A stretch of DNA of 64,000 bases from a virus. Its lineage: Duplodnaviria > Heunggongvirae > Uroviricota > Caudoviricetes. The DNA lies in IMG/VR virus record IMGVR_UViG_3300017649_000004, one strand, 5' to 3'. Of this stretch, positions 38,471-47,716 are shown in pieces (positions within the stretch are counted from its first letter, which is position 1; every line of letters begins with the position of its first letter). Made by a program: the position numbers and the translations under genes. The notes below the pieces were generated by a model. The model did no database searches, was not told where the DNA came from, and was given only the letters and a program-made list of their open reading frames with translations.

Positions 38471-38527
38471 GCATCCCAAGTCGCTGCGCGCTATATCGTA
38501 AGTATCTACTTACTAGCGCGCAGCGCA
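38471..38527 (+). promoter_or_regulatory. full promoter/5'-hairpin element (copy 2 of the duplicated leader)
   Basis: Near-identical to 37989-38048 (GCATCCCAAGTCGCTGCGCGCTATATCGTAAGTATCTACTTACTAGCGCGCAGCGCAAAGGAGGATGAATG). Confidence 0.55.
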
Positions 38528-38538
38528 AAGGAGGATGA

Positions 38539-38742
38539 ATGCGCATCTCGTCTCAACCGACGAACAGGCATGAAAACAGCAGGCTCAAGTCGCTTGCGGG
38601 GCTCATCCAGTCCCTGAGCTACTCGGAGATGAAGCAGTTCTCGCAAAAACTGACGAGCGCCTACGAGGACAGCGAAGTCGCAATGCCCGAGGCACTTCTC
38701 GCCGTTTCTGCGGACATTCTGCACGATGCGTCTTGTGTCTGA
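38539..38742 (+). CDS. hypothetical small protein
   Basis: 67 aa. A possible 42-aa TM peptide ORF (38733-38859) follows before thyX. Confidence 0.35.
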   Translation: MRISSQPTNRHENSRLKSLAGLIQSLSYSEMKQFSQKLTSAYEDSEVAMPEALLAVSADILHDASCV

Positions 38743-38856
38743 CCTCATCGCCTTTGCCGTGCTCGCCCTGAGCATCGGCATCGTGCTCGGCGTGACGGTC
38801 GACATGTTCATGCTCCCCGACACCCATCCGCGATACGCACAAAGCTGGAGCTTTCA

Positions 38857-39867
38857 TTGAGCAAGAACCAGATGTTTGCCCGCGTCGTGCTTGCCAGCAA
38901 GGCCACGACCGGCGCACCGCCCCTGATCTCCGTTCACATGCGCTATCCGCGCATCATCCACGGCGAGCTGATGACGCACCGCGTCTTTAGCCGAAATGCC
39001 CGTTCTTCGCGCGCCGTGCCGGTCAGGACCATGCTGAACGAGGTCACGACCAAGCCGTTCGTGCCGTGGCACTGGGGCAAGAACCAGAAGGGTATGCAGG
39101 GCGCAGGCGACCACAATGCGCCGGTGGAGCTTGAGGCTGAGGTCGATACGGGTATCGGTCAGTTCCCTCTTCCTAAAGACCACACGCGCGAAGAGGCATG
39201 GCTGTGGGCGCGCGACCAGGCTGTCGCAGCGGCCGAGGCGTTCATGGACGCCGGCTACCACAAGCAACTCGTGAACCGCCTGCTGGAGCCTTTCTCCTTC
39301 ATCGACACGCTGGTCACCTCGACCTCCTGGGCGAACTTCTTCCATCTTCGCCGGCACAAGGATGCAGAGCCTCACTTCCAGGATCTGGCCGAGCTGGTGT
39401 TTGAGGCGATCGAGAACGCCGAGTTCCAGACCCTTGGGGTTGGCGAGTGGCACCTGCCTTACGTTAACGACGCAGATTGGAAGCAGGCGGGCGATTTCGT
39501 GCACAAGAACGGCAACGGCGTTGTCACGCATGAGGCCGTTCTGGAGGTTCTCAAGAAGATCTCCGCAGCCCGTTGCGCTCGCATCTCCTATGCGCCGTTC
39601 GACGGCAATCCGAGCTACGAGCGGGAGCTTGAGCGCTTCGAGCATCTGATCAATTCGGAGCGTATGCACGCCTCGCCGGTCGAGCATCAGGCAACGCCGG
39701 ACACCCTGTCGCACTATGAGCTGACCAGCGTCGACCTGAACACCGGTCATGAGAGCCTGGTGAGCTCCGGCACGGGCTACGACAACCAGCACCTGCACGG
39801 CAACCTCGACGGCTGGGTCCAGTGGCGCAAGACCTTCCCCGACGAAGCTCTGCGAGACGCCGCATGA
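38857..39867 (+). CDS. thyX: flavin-dependent thymidylate synthase ThyX
   Basis: ThyX signature 'ELMTHRVFSRNARSSRA' (RHRxxSxxxxSxR-like). The start is ambiguous between TTG at 38857 and ATG at 38872. Confidence 0.75.
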   Translation: MSKNQMFARVVLASKATTGAPPLISVHMRYPRIIHGELMTHRVFSRNARSSRAVPVRTMLNEVTTKPFVPWHWGKNQKGMQGAGDHNAPVELEAEVDTGIGQFPLPKDHTREEAWLWARDQAVAAAEAFMDAGYHKQLVNRLLEPFSFIDTLVTSTSWANFFHLRRHKDAEPHFQDLAELVFEAIENAEFQTLGVGEWHLPYVNDADWKQAGDFVHKNGNGVVTHEAVLEVLKKISAARCARISYAPFDGNPSYERELERFEHLINSERMHASPVEHQATPDTLSHYELTSVDLNTGHESLVSSGTGYDNQHLHGNLDGWVQWRKTFPDEALRDAA

Positions 39868-40061
39868 GTGAACCGACTGCCGGAATCCTCCAGGTCATCG
39901 AGGTCATCAACAGCGACACTCTGGAGCCGGGCTTCTACTGGCGCGGCGAGGAGGAACTCGTTGGCCCCTACCCGACGCAGGAAGCAGCGATTGAAGGCGC
40001 TCGGGAGGCTGTTCAGGACGCGCTCGAGGAAGCGGTCCGCAATTTGTTTGAAGGAAAATGA
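39864..40061 (+). CDS. hypothetical acidic small protein
   Basis: 65 aa. ATGA overlap with thyX. Confidence 0.4.
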   Translation: MSEPTAGILQVIEVINSDTLEPGFYWRGEEELVGPYPTQEAAIEGAREAVQDALEEAVRNLFEGK

Positions 40062-40516
40062 CGATGGGAAACACTGTGAACGTCAAGTTCAAGAAGCTGC
40101 ATCCGCAGGCAAAGATTCCGACCTATGGCTCGGCGGATGCGGCCGGCTGCGACCTTTATGCTGCATTCGATGGTGATCCGATCGCTGTGGCTGGTGGCTC
40201 GACCGTGACCATTGACTGCGGCTTTGCGATGGAGTTGCCGGCGGGATACGAGGCTCAGGTTCGGCCGCGCTCCGGCCTTGCTGCCAAGCACCAGCTCACC
40301 GTCCTCAACACGCCGGGCACCATCGATGCTGACTACCGCGGCGAAGTGAAGGTCATCCTGCACAACGCAGGTGAGCGCACCTACTACGTCAATCCCGGCG
40401 ATCGCATCGCGCAGATGGTCATTCAGCCGGTCTGGCGTGCCGAGTTCGAGGAAGTGGAGGAGCTTTCCGACACTGTTCGTGGCACTGGCGGCTTTGGATC
40501 GACGGGGACGAACTAA
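40058..40516 (+). CDS. dut: dUTPase (trimeric dUTP diphosphatase)
   Basis: Motifs 'GSADAAGCDLYA', 'RPRSGLAAKH', 'GTIDADYRGEV', and a C-terminal 'RGTGGFGSTG'. Confidence 0.8.
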   Translation: MTMGNTVNVKFKKLHPQAKIPTYGSADAAGCDLYAAFDGDPIAVAGGSTVTIDCGFAMELPAGYEAQVRPRSGLAAKHQLTVLNTPGTIDADYRGEVKVILHNAGERTYYVNPGDRIAQMVIQPVWRAEFEEVEELSDTVRGTGGFGSTGTN

Positions 40517-41136
40517 TGCTTTTCGGCATTGTAGGCTCGTCGGGAGTGGGCAAAACCACTCTCGCCAAGGCCCTCGCTGAAAACCTCGGCATTCACTACA
40601 TCGACGGATCGATCACGAAGCTCGGCAAGGAGCTGGGCTACGATCCGGTCGCTCCGCTCGGTCTGAGCCAGCGCATTGCCCTTCAGTATGGTCTGCTCAA
40701 GGCGCACATGGACCTGATCGAGCAGGCGCCGCGTCCCGCGATCATCGACCGGACGCCGGTCGACATGGTAGGCTACATGCTTTGCGAGTTCGACATGCAC
40801 TCGAGCCTGATCCTTTCGGACAAGGAGCTTGAGCTGGCCGACCAGTATGTCGACCTGTGCAAGCAGGCGGTGAATGCCCGCTACGATACCGTGTTCCTTC
40901 TATCGCGCCTGCCCACCTATGAGGAGGCAGACACGCGCCCAAAGCTCAACCCGGCCTATCAGCGGCACAGCCATCTGGTGATGACCGGCGTCTTCCGGGA
41001 GCTCAACGACTGCGTGAATACGGTCTACGTCAACACGACGAACCTGGAAGAGCGGATCAGCGCCGTGGAGGACATCATCGTCCGCCGCCTCGATGAGATC
41101 GAGGAATTGAAAAAGTCCTCGCTCCACATTCACTAA
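40516..41136 (+). CDS. P-loop deoxynucleoside monophosphate kinase-like protein
   Basis: Walker A 'FGIVGSSGVGKTTLAKALAE' and a kinase-like length of 206 aa in the nucleotide-metabolism block. Confidence 0.55.
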   Translation: MLFGIVGSSGVGKTTLAKALAENLGIHYIDGSITKLGKELGYDPVAPLGLSQRIALQYGLLKAHMDLIEQAPRPAIIDRTPVDMVGYMLCEFDMHSSLILSDKELELADQYVDLCKQAVNARYDTVFLLSRLPTYEEADTRPKLNPAYQRHSHLVMTGVFRELNDCVNTVYVNTTNLEERISAVEDIIVRRLDEIEELKKSSLHIH

Positions 41137-41143
41137 ACCGCGC

Positions 41144-41200
41144 GCATCCCAAGCGCGCATTGCTATAACTCTAGTCGTAAGTCAGCGCTTACTAGCAGCG
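41144..41200 (+). promoter_or_regulatory. full promoter/5'-hairpin element
   Basis: GCATCCCA - N10 - TGCTATAA ... GTAAGT-cagcgc-TTACTAG. Confidence 0.5.
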
Positions 41201-41217
41201 CAGAGAAAGAGGAAAAC

Positions 41218-41703
41218 ATGACGAAAATCTCTCTCAACTCGGTCCAGGCTGAGGTCGAAAAGGAAGCGGAAGAGCGCCTGGTGCAGTTTGAGCAGGAGCG
41301 CCTGAAGCTGGAAGCGCTAAACGCGCTGGAGCTGGTGCGCCAGGTCAAGAGCGTCGTCGAGGACGCTGAGAAGGCAGCTGACCTGCTGCGCACGGCTCGC
41401 GACGATCTTGAGGATCATCTTGCCGTGCTCAAGCAGCAGCTTCGCGTCGTCAAGGACGTTCGCCGCTCCGGGAAGCGCCTCCTCGAGCGCGTTGCGGAAG
41501 TCGCTGATGCCGAAATGCCGATCGAGGAGTTTGTGGCGATGAACTCCGACCTTTCGGAATACGTCGAGGACGCCCGTAACGATCTGGATGACGCCCACGA
41601 GAATCTGATGGCGGACATTATCGCCCGCACCGGCGACCTCGATCCGGTCAATGCCAAGCAGTGCCCGTGTCCGGCTTGCATCGAGAACCGGCTCGCCGCC
41701 TAG
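41218..41703 (+). CDS. hypothetical coiled-coil protein
   Basis: 161 aa, helical and E/L/A-rich, with a C-terminal 'CPCPAC'. Confidence 0.5.
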   Translation: MTKISLNSVQAEVEKEAEERLVQFEQERLKLEALNALELVRQVKSVVEDAEKAADLLRTARDDLEDHLAVLKQQLRVVKDVRRSGKRLLERVAEVADAEMPIEEFVAMNSDLSEYVEDARNDLDDAHENLMADIIARTGDLDPVNAKQCPCPACIENRLAA

Positions 41704-41721
41704 TTCCGGTTCTCAATGCCA

Positions 41722-41751
41722 GGCGGGGCTCACGTAGCCCCGCCTTTTTTT
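41722..41751 (+). terminator. rho-independent terminator
   Basis: GGCGGGGCT-cacgt-AGCCCCGCC stem followed by TTTTTTT, 19 nt after the stop at 41703. Confidence 0.75.
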
Positions 41752-41782
41752 CATGTCGTGAGCGCGCATGTTCCTGCCGCGC

Positions 41783-41824
41783 TCCATTCTGATGCTCGCT
41801 ATAAGTAAGCACATACTTATTCAG
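41783..41824 (+). promoter_or_regulatory. full promoter/5'-hairpin element
   Basis: CTCCA - N10 - CGCTATAAGTA - agcaca - TACTTAT, upstream of the GHKL gene. Confidence 0.5.
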
Positions 41825-41850
41825 AGGCGCGACACATACAGAGGGTCAAC

Positions 41851-44274
41851 ATGCAGGTCACGCAGCTATCTGACCTCGACACGCACGTCGTTATTGGCGG
41901 CGGCGAGGCCAAGTCATTCCGTATTGCCGAGACGCCAGAGTTCTACACAGTGCTGTCGTCCACGCTCTATCGCGACAAGATGCTTGCGGTAGTGCGCGAA
42001 ATCATCTGCAACGCCTGGGACGCGCACATCGTCGCCGGCAAGACGGATCTGCCGATCGACATTACGGTCGATGAGAATGAGTTCGTCGTGCGCGACTACG
42101 GCCCCGGTATTCCGCACGAAAAGGTCGGCGACGTCTACTGCGTCTACGGCGGCACGACCAAGGTTGCTGACGAGAACCAGAACGGCGGCTTTGGCCTCGG
42201 CTCGAAGGCTCCTTTCGCCTACAATGACCACTTCACCGTTTCCAGCGCGCACGGCGGCAAACTTGGCGTCTACGCTATCTCGCGCGGCGGCATGGAGACG
42301 AACGGCACGCCCGACTATCGTCTGATGCAGATGGTCGACTGCGGCCAGACCGGCGTCACTGTCTCGATTCCCCTGCTTGAGCCGGGCGATCGCGACAAGT
42401 TCATTAGCCTCATCAACCGTGTCTGCCGCAATGGCGGCATCAAGGCTCAGATCAACGGCCGCCCGATCAAGGTCTTCGACTACACCAACGCGCGCAAGCT
42501 TGGCTTCTGCGTTGCCGGTCGCGGCTACGAGCTGAAAGAAAGCCGCGTCTACGTGCTTTACGGCACGGTGCTCTATCCGCTCACGACGACCGATCAGGAT
42601 TTGATGCGCCTTGTCCAAGCGTGCGGCGACCTTCTTCGCGATACCGGCACGCTGATCCTGTGCGCAGAGCCTAACTCGATCGGCGTTACGCCCTCCCGCG
42701 AGTCCCTCAGCTACACCGCGCGCACTACGGAGTATCTGACCAGGCGCCTCACGCGCGCCTACCGGCGCATCCTTGCCGAGCAGCGCCGTCAGATTAAGCC
42801 GGTGTGGGCGAAGTTTGTGCGCGCGAAGTTCACGCCCTTCAGCGGCGGCTCCTTGTGCGACGCCTACCACAAGCTGCTCAACTTCAATCCCAGCGTAGCG
42901 GACGAGAACGCCTTCCGCGACACGCTCGAGGACATCGGCCGCAGCTCCTCCGTCTACTGCATCAACAGCCTCCTTCAGAACAAGACCAGGGAGGCGTGTC
43001 TGGTGCTGAAGGCAGCACACCCGGATCTTCGCCGGCCGCTGCGCCGAATGGCCTACATTCGCGGCGAGCGCGGCTACCGCAATGTGTTTGGCGAGCATGT
43101 GCCGGCGATTTCGAAGCTGCGCCATGACACGCGTCTGATGATGCGCGTTGCCGCCAAGGCGGGTCTGCTGCGCCAGATGTATATGGCGCACAACGAGGGC
43201 ACGCCTGGCTTGCGCCTGACCTTCAACAAATACTGCACCGACGCGCTCGACTTCGTGCAGAAGGTCAATCCGACACTGTTCGTCGGCTTCTCGCAGCGCG
43301 ACGTTGGCGCGCAGATCAAGGCCGAAGGCCAGGAGCGCGTCAAAGGCTGGGCCTCCGCCGAAGCTGTGGTCGCAATCATTCTGCGCCGCAACCAGCACAA
43401 GAAGCTCGAGGAGATCCGCAAGCTCGCTGCGCACTACGGCATCAAGCTCCATGAGTGCAGGATCACCAAGCCGCCCAAGCGTGAGCCGAAGAAGAAGGAA
43501 CCGAAGTTCTACGACCTTGAGAAATATACGAAAACTCTCGCACTCGGGGAGCCGACACTGGAAAGCGCACCCTTCTTCGTGCGCTCGCGCCGCTCGCAAT
43601 ACGAGCATCAGCTCCTGACGCCGATCACCCGGGCGTTCGAGTTCCTGAAGCGCAAGTTTGGCACGATCGCGATTGCGACCGATGCGAAGGACGAGGCGGC
43701 ACTCAAGGCGCAAGGCGCTCGCGACATCATCGAAGTGATGATGGACGAGCTGAAGGTCGGCATCGACAAACGCGAATGGCAGTTTGTCCACGCGACCAAG
43801 GCAGGCTGGCATTTCAGGGGTTCGAATTACTACTGCCCGTCCGGAATCATGATGGGCGCGATGCTGGCAAGCATCCGCGTTGCCGCCGAGTTCGCGCCGC
43901 AGAAGATGAAGCTGACGGATTCGCTTCTGAACGCCCAGGCCGTGCTCAAGACCCTCTCGGAATACGCCAACTGGCTGAGCAACCGCGGCAGTTCCGCCAA
44001 GGTCAGGGAGAACATCGAAGTGTTGCTCAATCAGCTGACGCAGAACGCAAAGAGGAACTTCAAGGGCCAGGGCTATCACCCCGACACGTTCGACGAGGAA
44101 TGGTCGTTCCTCGCCATCTTTGGCGGCTGCCCTTCTATCCGCACTGAAGAGGACGCCCAGGTCTTCATCGAGACGGTTCGCTTCCTCAAGCGCCGGCACG
44201 AACGCCAGCAGGCGCGCGAAGCTGCAAACACCAACACCGAAACAGCAACTGACTCCGGAAAGGAAGCCGCATGA
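41851..44274 (+). CDS. GHKL-family (Bergerat-fold) ATPase domain protein of unknown function
   Basis: 807 aa. N-box 'VREIICNAWDAH', G1 'VVRDYGPGIP', G2 'GGFGLGSKAPFAY' in canonical order and spacing. The remaining ~600 aa are unassigned. Confidence 0.6.
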   Translation: MQVTQLSDLDTHVVIGGGEAKSFRIAETPEFYTVLSSTLYRDKMLAVVREIICNAWDAHIVAGKTDLPIDITVDENEFVVRDYGPGIPHEKVGDVYCVYGGTTKVADENQNGGFGLGSKAPFAYNDHFTVSSAHGGKLGVYAISRGGMETNGTPDYRLMQMVDCGQTGVTVSIPLLEPGDRDKFISLINRVCRNGGIKAQINGRPIKVFDYTNARKLGFCVAGRGYELKESRVYVLYGTVLYPLTTTDQDLMRLVQACGDLLRDTGTLILCAEPNSIGVTPSRESLSYTARTTEYLTRRLTRAYRRILAEQRRQIKPVWAKFVRAKFTPFSGGSLCDAYHKLLNFNPSVADENAFRDTLEDIGRSSSVYCINSLLQNKTREACLVLKAAHPDLRRPLRRMAYIRGERGYRNVFGEHVPAISKLRHDTRLMMRVAAKAGLLRQMYMAHNEGTPGLRLTFNKYCTDALDFVQKVNPTLFVGFSQRDVGAQIKAEGQERVKGWASAEAVVAIILRRNQHKKLEEIRKLAAHYGIKLHECRITKPPKREPKKKEPKFYDLEKYTKTLALGEPTLESAPFFVRSRRSQYEHQLLTPITRAFEFLKRKFGTIAIATDAKDEAALKAQGARDIIEVMMDELKVGIDKREWQFVHATKAGWHFRGSNYYCPSGIMMGAMLASIRVAAEFAPQKMKLTDSLLNAQAVLKTLSEYANWLSNRGSSAKVRENIEVLLNQLTQNAKRNFKGQGYHPDTFDEEWSFLAIFGGCPSIRTEEDAQVFIETVRFLKRRHERQQAREAANTNTETATDSGKEAA

Positions 44275-45587
44275 ACATCGTTCGCGTAGTCTCCGCCATC
44301 ACCGCCAGGGGCGGCGTGACGCTCTATCTTGCTGACGGCAGGACGATCAACCTGCCGGCGCGCTCCTATCGCACCGAAGCAATCATGCGCGAGATTGCCT
44401 GCCCGCTCGCCGAGCGCAAGCAGCCGGAAATCGACCTCGACCTCTACTCCATCGAGGCGCGCATCGAGAACAGGACCGGTGGTTTCGTCTCGTTCCTCAA
44501 GCGCAAGTGGAAGGACTTTGCCGCTATGTTTGGCGGCAAGGCGCCTGACGGCGCCACGCCGGAGGCAGACACGCTGGTTGCTGTCGTCAACGGCGTCGAA
44601 ATCCCGGGCATGGAGAAGATCGAGCGGCAGCTCGAACATGCGGCCTATAAGGACTGCGTTGGCCTTCAGAAGTTCCTGGGGCGCCTGTCCACGGTGATCA
44701 ACGAGCGTGGGCACACGGTGCAGGAGCTGCTCGACTTCCTGTCCAAAGGCGACCTTCCGATCGCTGATGACGGCATGATCGTCGCCTACAAGTCGCTGGT
44801 GCGCGAGGGTGACCACTATCTCGACTGTCACTCGCGCTCGGTGCGCCAGCGCGTCGGCTCGCTTGTGCGCATGGACGTCAACATGGTCGATCCGAACCGG
44901 CGCATTGAGTGTTCGCACGGTCTGCATGTCGGCCGCCGTGACTATATGGGCCAGTTCAGCGGTGACGTGATGACCCTGATCCTGATTGACCCGGCAGACG
45001 TCGTTGCCGTGCCGCTCAAGGATCCGAGCAAGATGCGTGTGCGCGCCTATCAGATCGTCGGCGAGCTGACTGAGGAAGGCCGGCAGCTGATCCGTCAGAA
45101 CAAGCCGATGACGAGCGTTGAGGCTGACGCCAAGCTTCTTGCCTCTGTGCTGCGCGGCGAGCGCGTCCCGGTCATCGAGACTGTCGACATCGGCAAGAAC
45201 GGCATGGTGATCGACATTCGGGAGGAAAAGCCTGCTGTAGTGCCGGTCGTTGAAGAAAAGGCCCATGCGCTCGATGACTCCGGCGAGAAGGCTGAGGAGC
45301 TTGTTGCGAATGTGCGCGAGACGGTCAAGGAGGTCGTCGAGCAGCAGAATGCGGCAGCGGCCGAAGTGACCACCGAGAACGTGTCCGCGGATCCCGCAAA
45401 GCCCGAGAAGGCTGCAAAGCCGAAGTCGAAGAAGCCGAAGAAGGGCAGCTACGATCACATTCCGGAGAAGTGGCGCCAGGCTTACATCGACGTGACCACC
45501 GGCAAGATGAGCCAGCGCGAGGCGGAAAAGGTTTACCGCATCTCCGCCAAGAAGCTGCGCGCGCTCATCCGCGAAAACGCCAAGTAA
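44271..45587 (+). CDS. hypothetical protein with Lys-rich C-terminus
   Basis: 438 aa. ATGA overlap with the GHKL gene. The C-terminal region is 'KPEKAAKPKSKKPKKGSYDHIPEKWRQAY...'. Confidence 0.55.
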   Translation: MNIVRVVSAITARGGVTLYLADGRTINLPARSYRTEAIMREIACPLAERKQPEIDLDLYSIEARIENRTGGFVSFLKRKWKDFAAMFGGKAPDGATPEADTLVAVVNGVEIPGMEKIERQLEHAAYKDCVGLQKFLGRLSTVINERGHTVQELLDFLSKGDLPIADDGMIVAYKSLVREGDHYLDCHSRSVRQRVGSLVRMDVNMVDPNRRIECSHGLHVGRRDYMGQFSGDVMTLILIDPADVVAVPLKDPSKMRVRAYQIVGELTEEGRQLIRQNKPMTSVEADAKLLASVLRGERVPVIETVDIGKNGMVIDIREEKPAVVPVVEEKAHALDDSGEKAEELVANVRETVKEVVEQQNAAAAEVTTENVSADPAKPEKAAKPKSKKPKKGSYDHIPEKWRQAYIDVTTGKMSQREAEKVYRISAKKLRALIRENAK

Positions 45588-45656
45588 CACCCACAACATG
45601 ACCATCACTTGCTGACTTAAAGTGTCAGCAAGTGATTACTTACAGGAGACAAAGAC

Positions 45657-45854
45657 ATGCGTTTTCTTGACAGCATCCTTGACTTCGTGTGGTCGATCGC
45701 CTGCTTCGCGCTCGCAATCTCGATCCCTTGCTCATGGGTCACGCACGTCATCCGCTGCATTCTTGACGAGTCCTGGATCCTGCTGATCCTCGGCGCCATC
45801 GTCTTCCCGATCGGCTGTGTCCACGGTTTCGGCGTCTGGCTGGGGATCTTCTGA
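45657..45854 (+). CDS. small membrane protein
   Basis: 65 aa with two hydrophobic segments. Preceded by an 11-bp-stem hairpin (45606-45634) followed by ACTTAC. Confidence 0.4.
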   Translation: MRFLDSILDFVWSIACFALAISIPCSWVTHVIRCILDESWILLILGAIVFPIGCVHGFGVWLGIF

Positions 45855-46001
45855 TGGCGAGCTCAGACTCTACTACGCTCGCCTTCCTCGCGAAGTCGTT
45901 TGGTGTGGCCGTTCTGATTTCGGCTGTGATTGCGCTGTTCGTAGCGGCCGTCCTTGTGACGGTCGCGCCATGCCCACCCTCGTCCTTCTGAGGAGAGTTC
46001 T

Positions 46002-46643
46002 ATGAGTGACCGCAAGAGCCACTTCATGTTCACGGCCAGCGGCCAGAAATACTGGCCGATGGAGCCGCGCAGCGAGGAGGTTGACATCGAGGTGATCGCG
46101 CATCACCTCGCCAACCAGTGCCGCTACAATGGCGCAACGCGTCATCCGAAGTTCCCGCGCCGGATCTTCTATTCGGTCGCTGAGCACTCGGTCTATGTCG
46201 CCCACTACATCGAGCACGATCTCGGTCAGCCGCAGTTCGCGCTTGAAGGTCTGCTGCATGATGCAGCCGAAGCCTACATTGGCGACCTCATTCGCCCGCT
46301 CAAATACGACGATGCCTTCCGTGAGCCGTTCTTGCGGGTGGAGCAGCGCAACGAGGTTCGGATCGCCACGCGTTTCGGATTGCAGTATCCGTTCCCGCAA
46401 GCCGTGCGCCTGGCGGACGAGGCTGTGACGGCCGCCGAGGTTCAGCAGATCATCGCTGAGACGCCGGGCGAGGACTTCAAGACCGGCTATCTGCACGATG
46501 CGGCGACCACCGCGCCGGTCAAGATCGCGATGCACCCTCCGTTCGAAGCCAAGAACCTCTTTATGAACACGTTCCGCCGGCTGATGCTGGAGCGCAGCAA
46601 GTTCCGCGCAGTCCCGCAGTCGCTTGCGCTATATTGTAAGTAA
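46002..46643 (+). CDS. HD-domain phosphohydrolase (YfbR-like 5'-deoxynucleotidase)
   Basis: 'IAHHLANQCRYNG', 'VAEHSVYVA', and 'LLHDAAEAYIGD' form the H...HD...D metal-binding set. Confidence 0.65.
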   Translation: MSDRKSHFMFTASGQKYWPMEPRSEEVDIEVIAHHLANQCRYNGATRHPKFPRRIFYSVAEHSVYVAHYIEHDLGQPQFALEGLLHDAAEAYIGDLIRPLKYDDAFREPFLRVEQRNEVRIATRFGLQYPFPQAVRLADEAVTAAEVQQIIAETPGEDFKTGYLHDAATTAPVKIAMHPPFEAKNLFMNTFRRLMLERSKFRAVPQSLALYCK

Positions 46644-46657
46644 GGACATACTAGCGA
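46611..46657 (+). promoter_or_regulatory. full promoter/5'-hairpin element
   Basis: GTCCCG - N10 - CGCTATATTGTAAGTAAGGACATACTAGCG. It overlaps the stop of the HD gene. Confidence 0.45.
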
Positions 46658-46664
46658 GACGCAA

Positions 46665-46904
46665 ATGACCGACGCGGACAACTGGCCGACATTCGCTGAG
46701 GAGCTCGGCAGGAAGACCTCTTCCGAGCTTGAGAAATGGACGGTCGCCTACGAGGCGGGAAAGATCACCTTACGGGAGTTCTACCTGATCGTGAGCACCC
46801 TCTACGACGCGACCAGTGGCCTGGCGCCGAGGGACATCAGCAACCTGCTCGCGGACGTCCATCAGTTCCTGCGAGTGAAGGCGAAAAGGAAGAAAGCCGC
46901 TTGA
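46665..46904 (+). CDS. hypothetical small protein
   Basis: 79-aa ORF. Confidence 0.4.
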   Translation: MTDADNWPTFAEELGRKTSSELEKWTVAYEAGKITLREFYLIVSTLYDATSGLAPRDISNLLADVHQFLRVKAKRKKAA

Positions 46905-46912
46905 GAAAGCAA

Positions 46913-47170
46913 ATGTGGTTGGTGTGCGACGAGTGCCACACCGAGGTGATGATCAGCCGCCTGACGCGAAACTGCATTGAAGCGCCCTGCCCTGCCTGTG
47001 GCGCGTCAATGCTGTCGGAGGACGATTACAAGATCGCGAAGAAGGCAATGCGCTGGAACAGCGTCGCAAACTGGCTCGGCAAGCTTGCGGGGCTCTTCCG
47101 GCAAGTCGAGACGGTTCAGATACACACGCACGTCAAGGACGGGCAGGTTTCGCGGAGGATCCTGTCGTGA
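46913..47170 (+). CDS. zinc-ribbon small protein
   Basis: 85 aa from an internal ATG: 'MWLVCDECHTEV...APCPACGAS' (CxxC...CxxC). Confidence 0.4.
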   Translation: MWLVCDECHTEVMISRLTRNCIEAPCPACGASMLSEDDYKIAKKAMRWNSVANWLGKLAGLFRQVETVQIHTHVKDGQVSRRILS

Positions 47171-47706
47171 GCAAGTTCCCGAAGGATCGCTGGATCATCG
47201 ACGCAATCAAGCGCGGCTACATCATTCCGCGTGAAGACGGTTCGATCCTTCGGGCGATCTCGGCCGATAAGAACGGCAACGTTGATCGCTCGAAGGGCTA
47301 CCGGCTCGTCACGCAGCAGATCCACAAGAAGTCCGGCCGGGTCTATTTCAATTTGAGCTGGAGGGGCTTCACCAAGTCCGTGCTGGTCAACCGGGTGATT
47401 GCTCTGCGCTTCCACCCGAACCCCCTCAACTTGCCGCAGGTGAACCACGTCGATGGCAACAAGGAGAACAACGCGGCCAGCAATCTCGAATGGTCGAGCG
47501 GCTCCGACAACGAGAAGCACGCTCACCGCACGGGGCTCAAGACCGGTCGCGGTTCTGCAAATTCGAACGCCAAGCTGACGGCAGATGACGTTCTGTGGAT
47601 CCGAAACAATCCGTCGGTCCCTGACGCCGAGTGCGCCGCGAAGTTTGGCGTGTCGCGTTCGACCATCATCAATATCCGCAAGGGCAAGACCTGGACGCAT
47701 CTTTAA
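47167..47706 (+). CDS. HNH homing endonuclease (HNH_3/AP2-type)
   Basis: 'VNHVDGNKENNAASNLEWSSGSDNEKHAHRTG' matches the HNH_3 motif. C-terminal 'AKFGVSRSTIINIRKGKTW' is HTH-like. GTG start overlapping the upstream stop. Confidence 0.7.
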   Translation: MSKFPKDRWIIDAIKRGYIIPREDGSILRAISADKNGNVDRSKGYRLVTQQIHKKSGRVYFNLSWRGFTKSVLVNRVIALRFHPNPLNLPQVNHVDGNKENNAASNLEWSSGSDNEKHAHRTGLKTGRGSANSNAKLTADDVLWIRNNPSVPDAECAAKFGVSRSTIINIRKGKTWTHL

Positions 47707-47716
47707 GGAGGCGACA

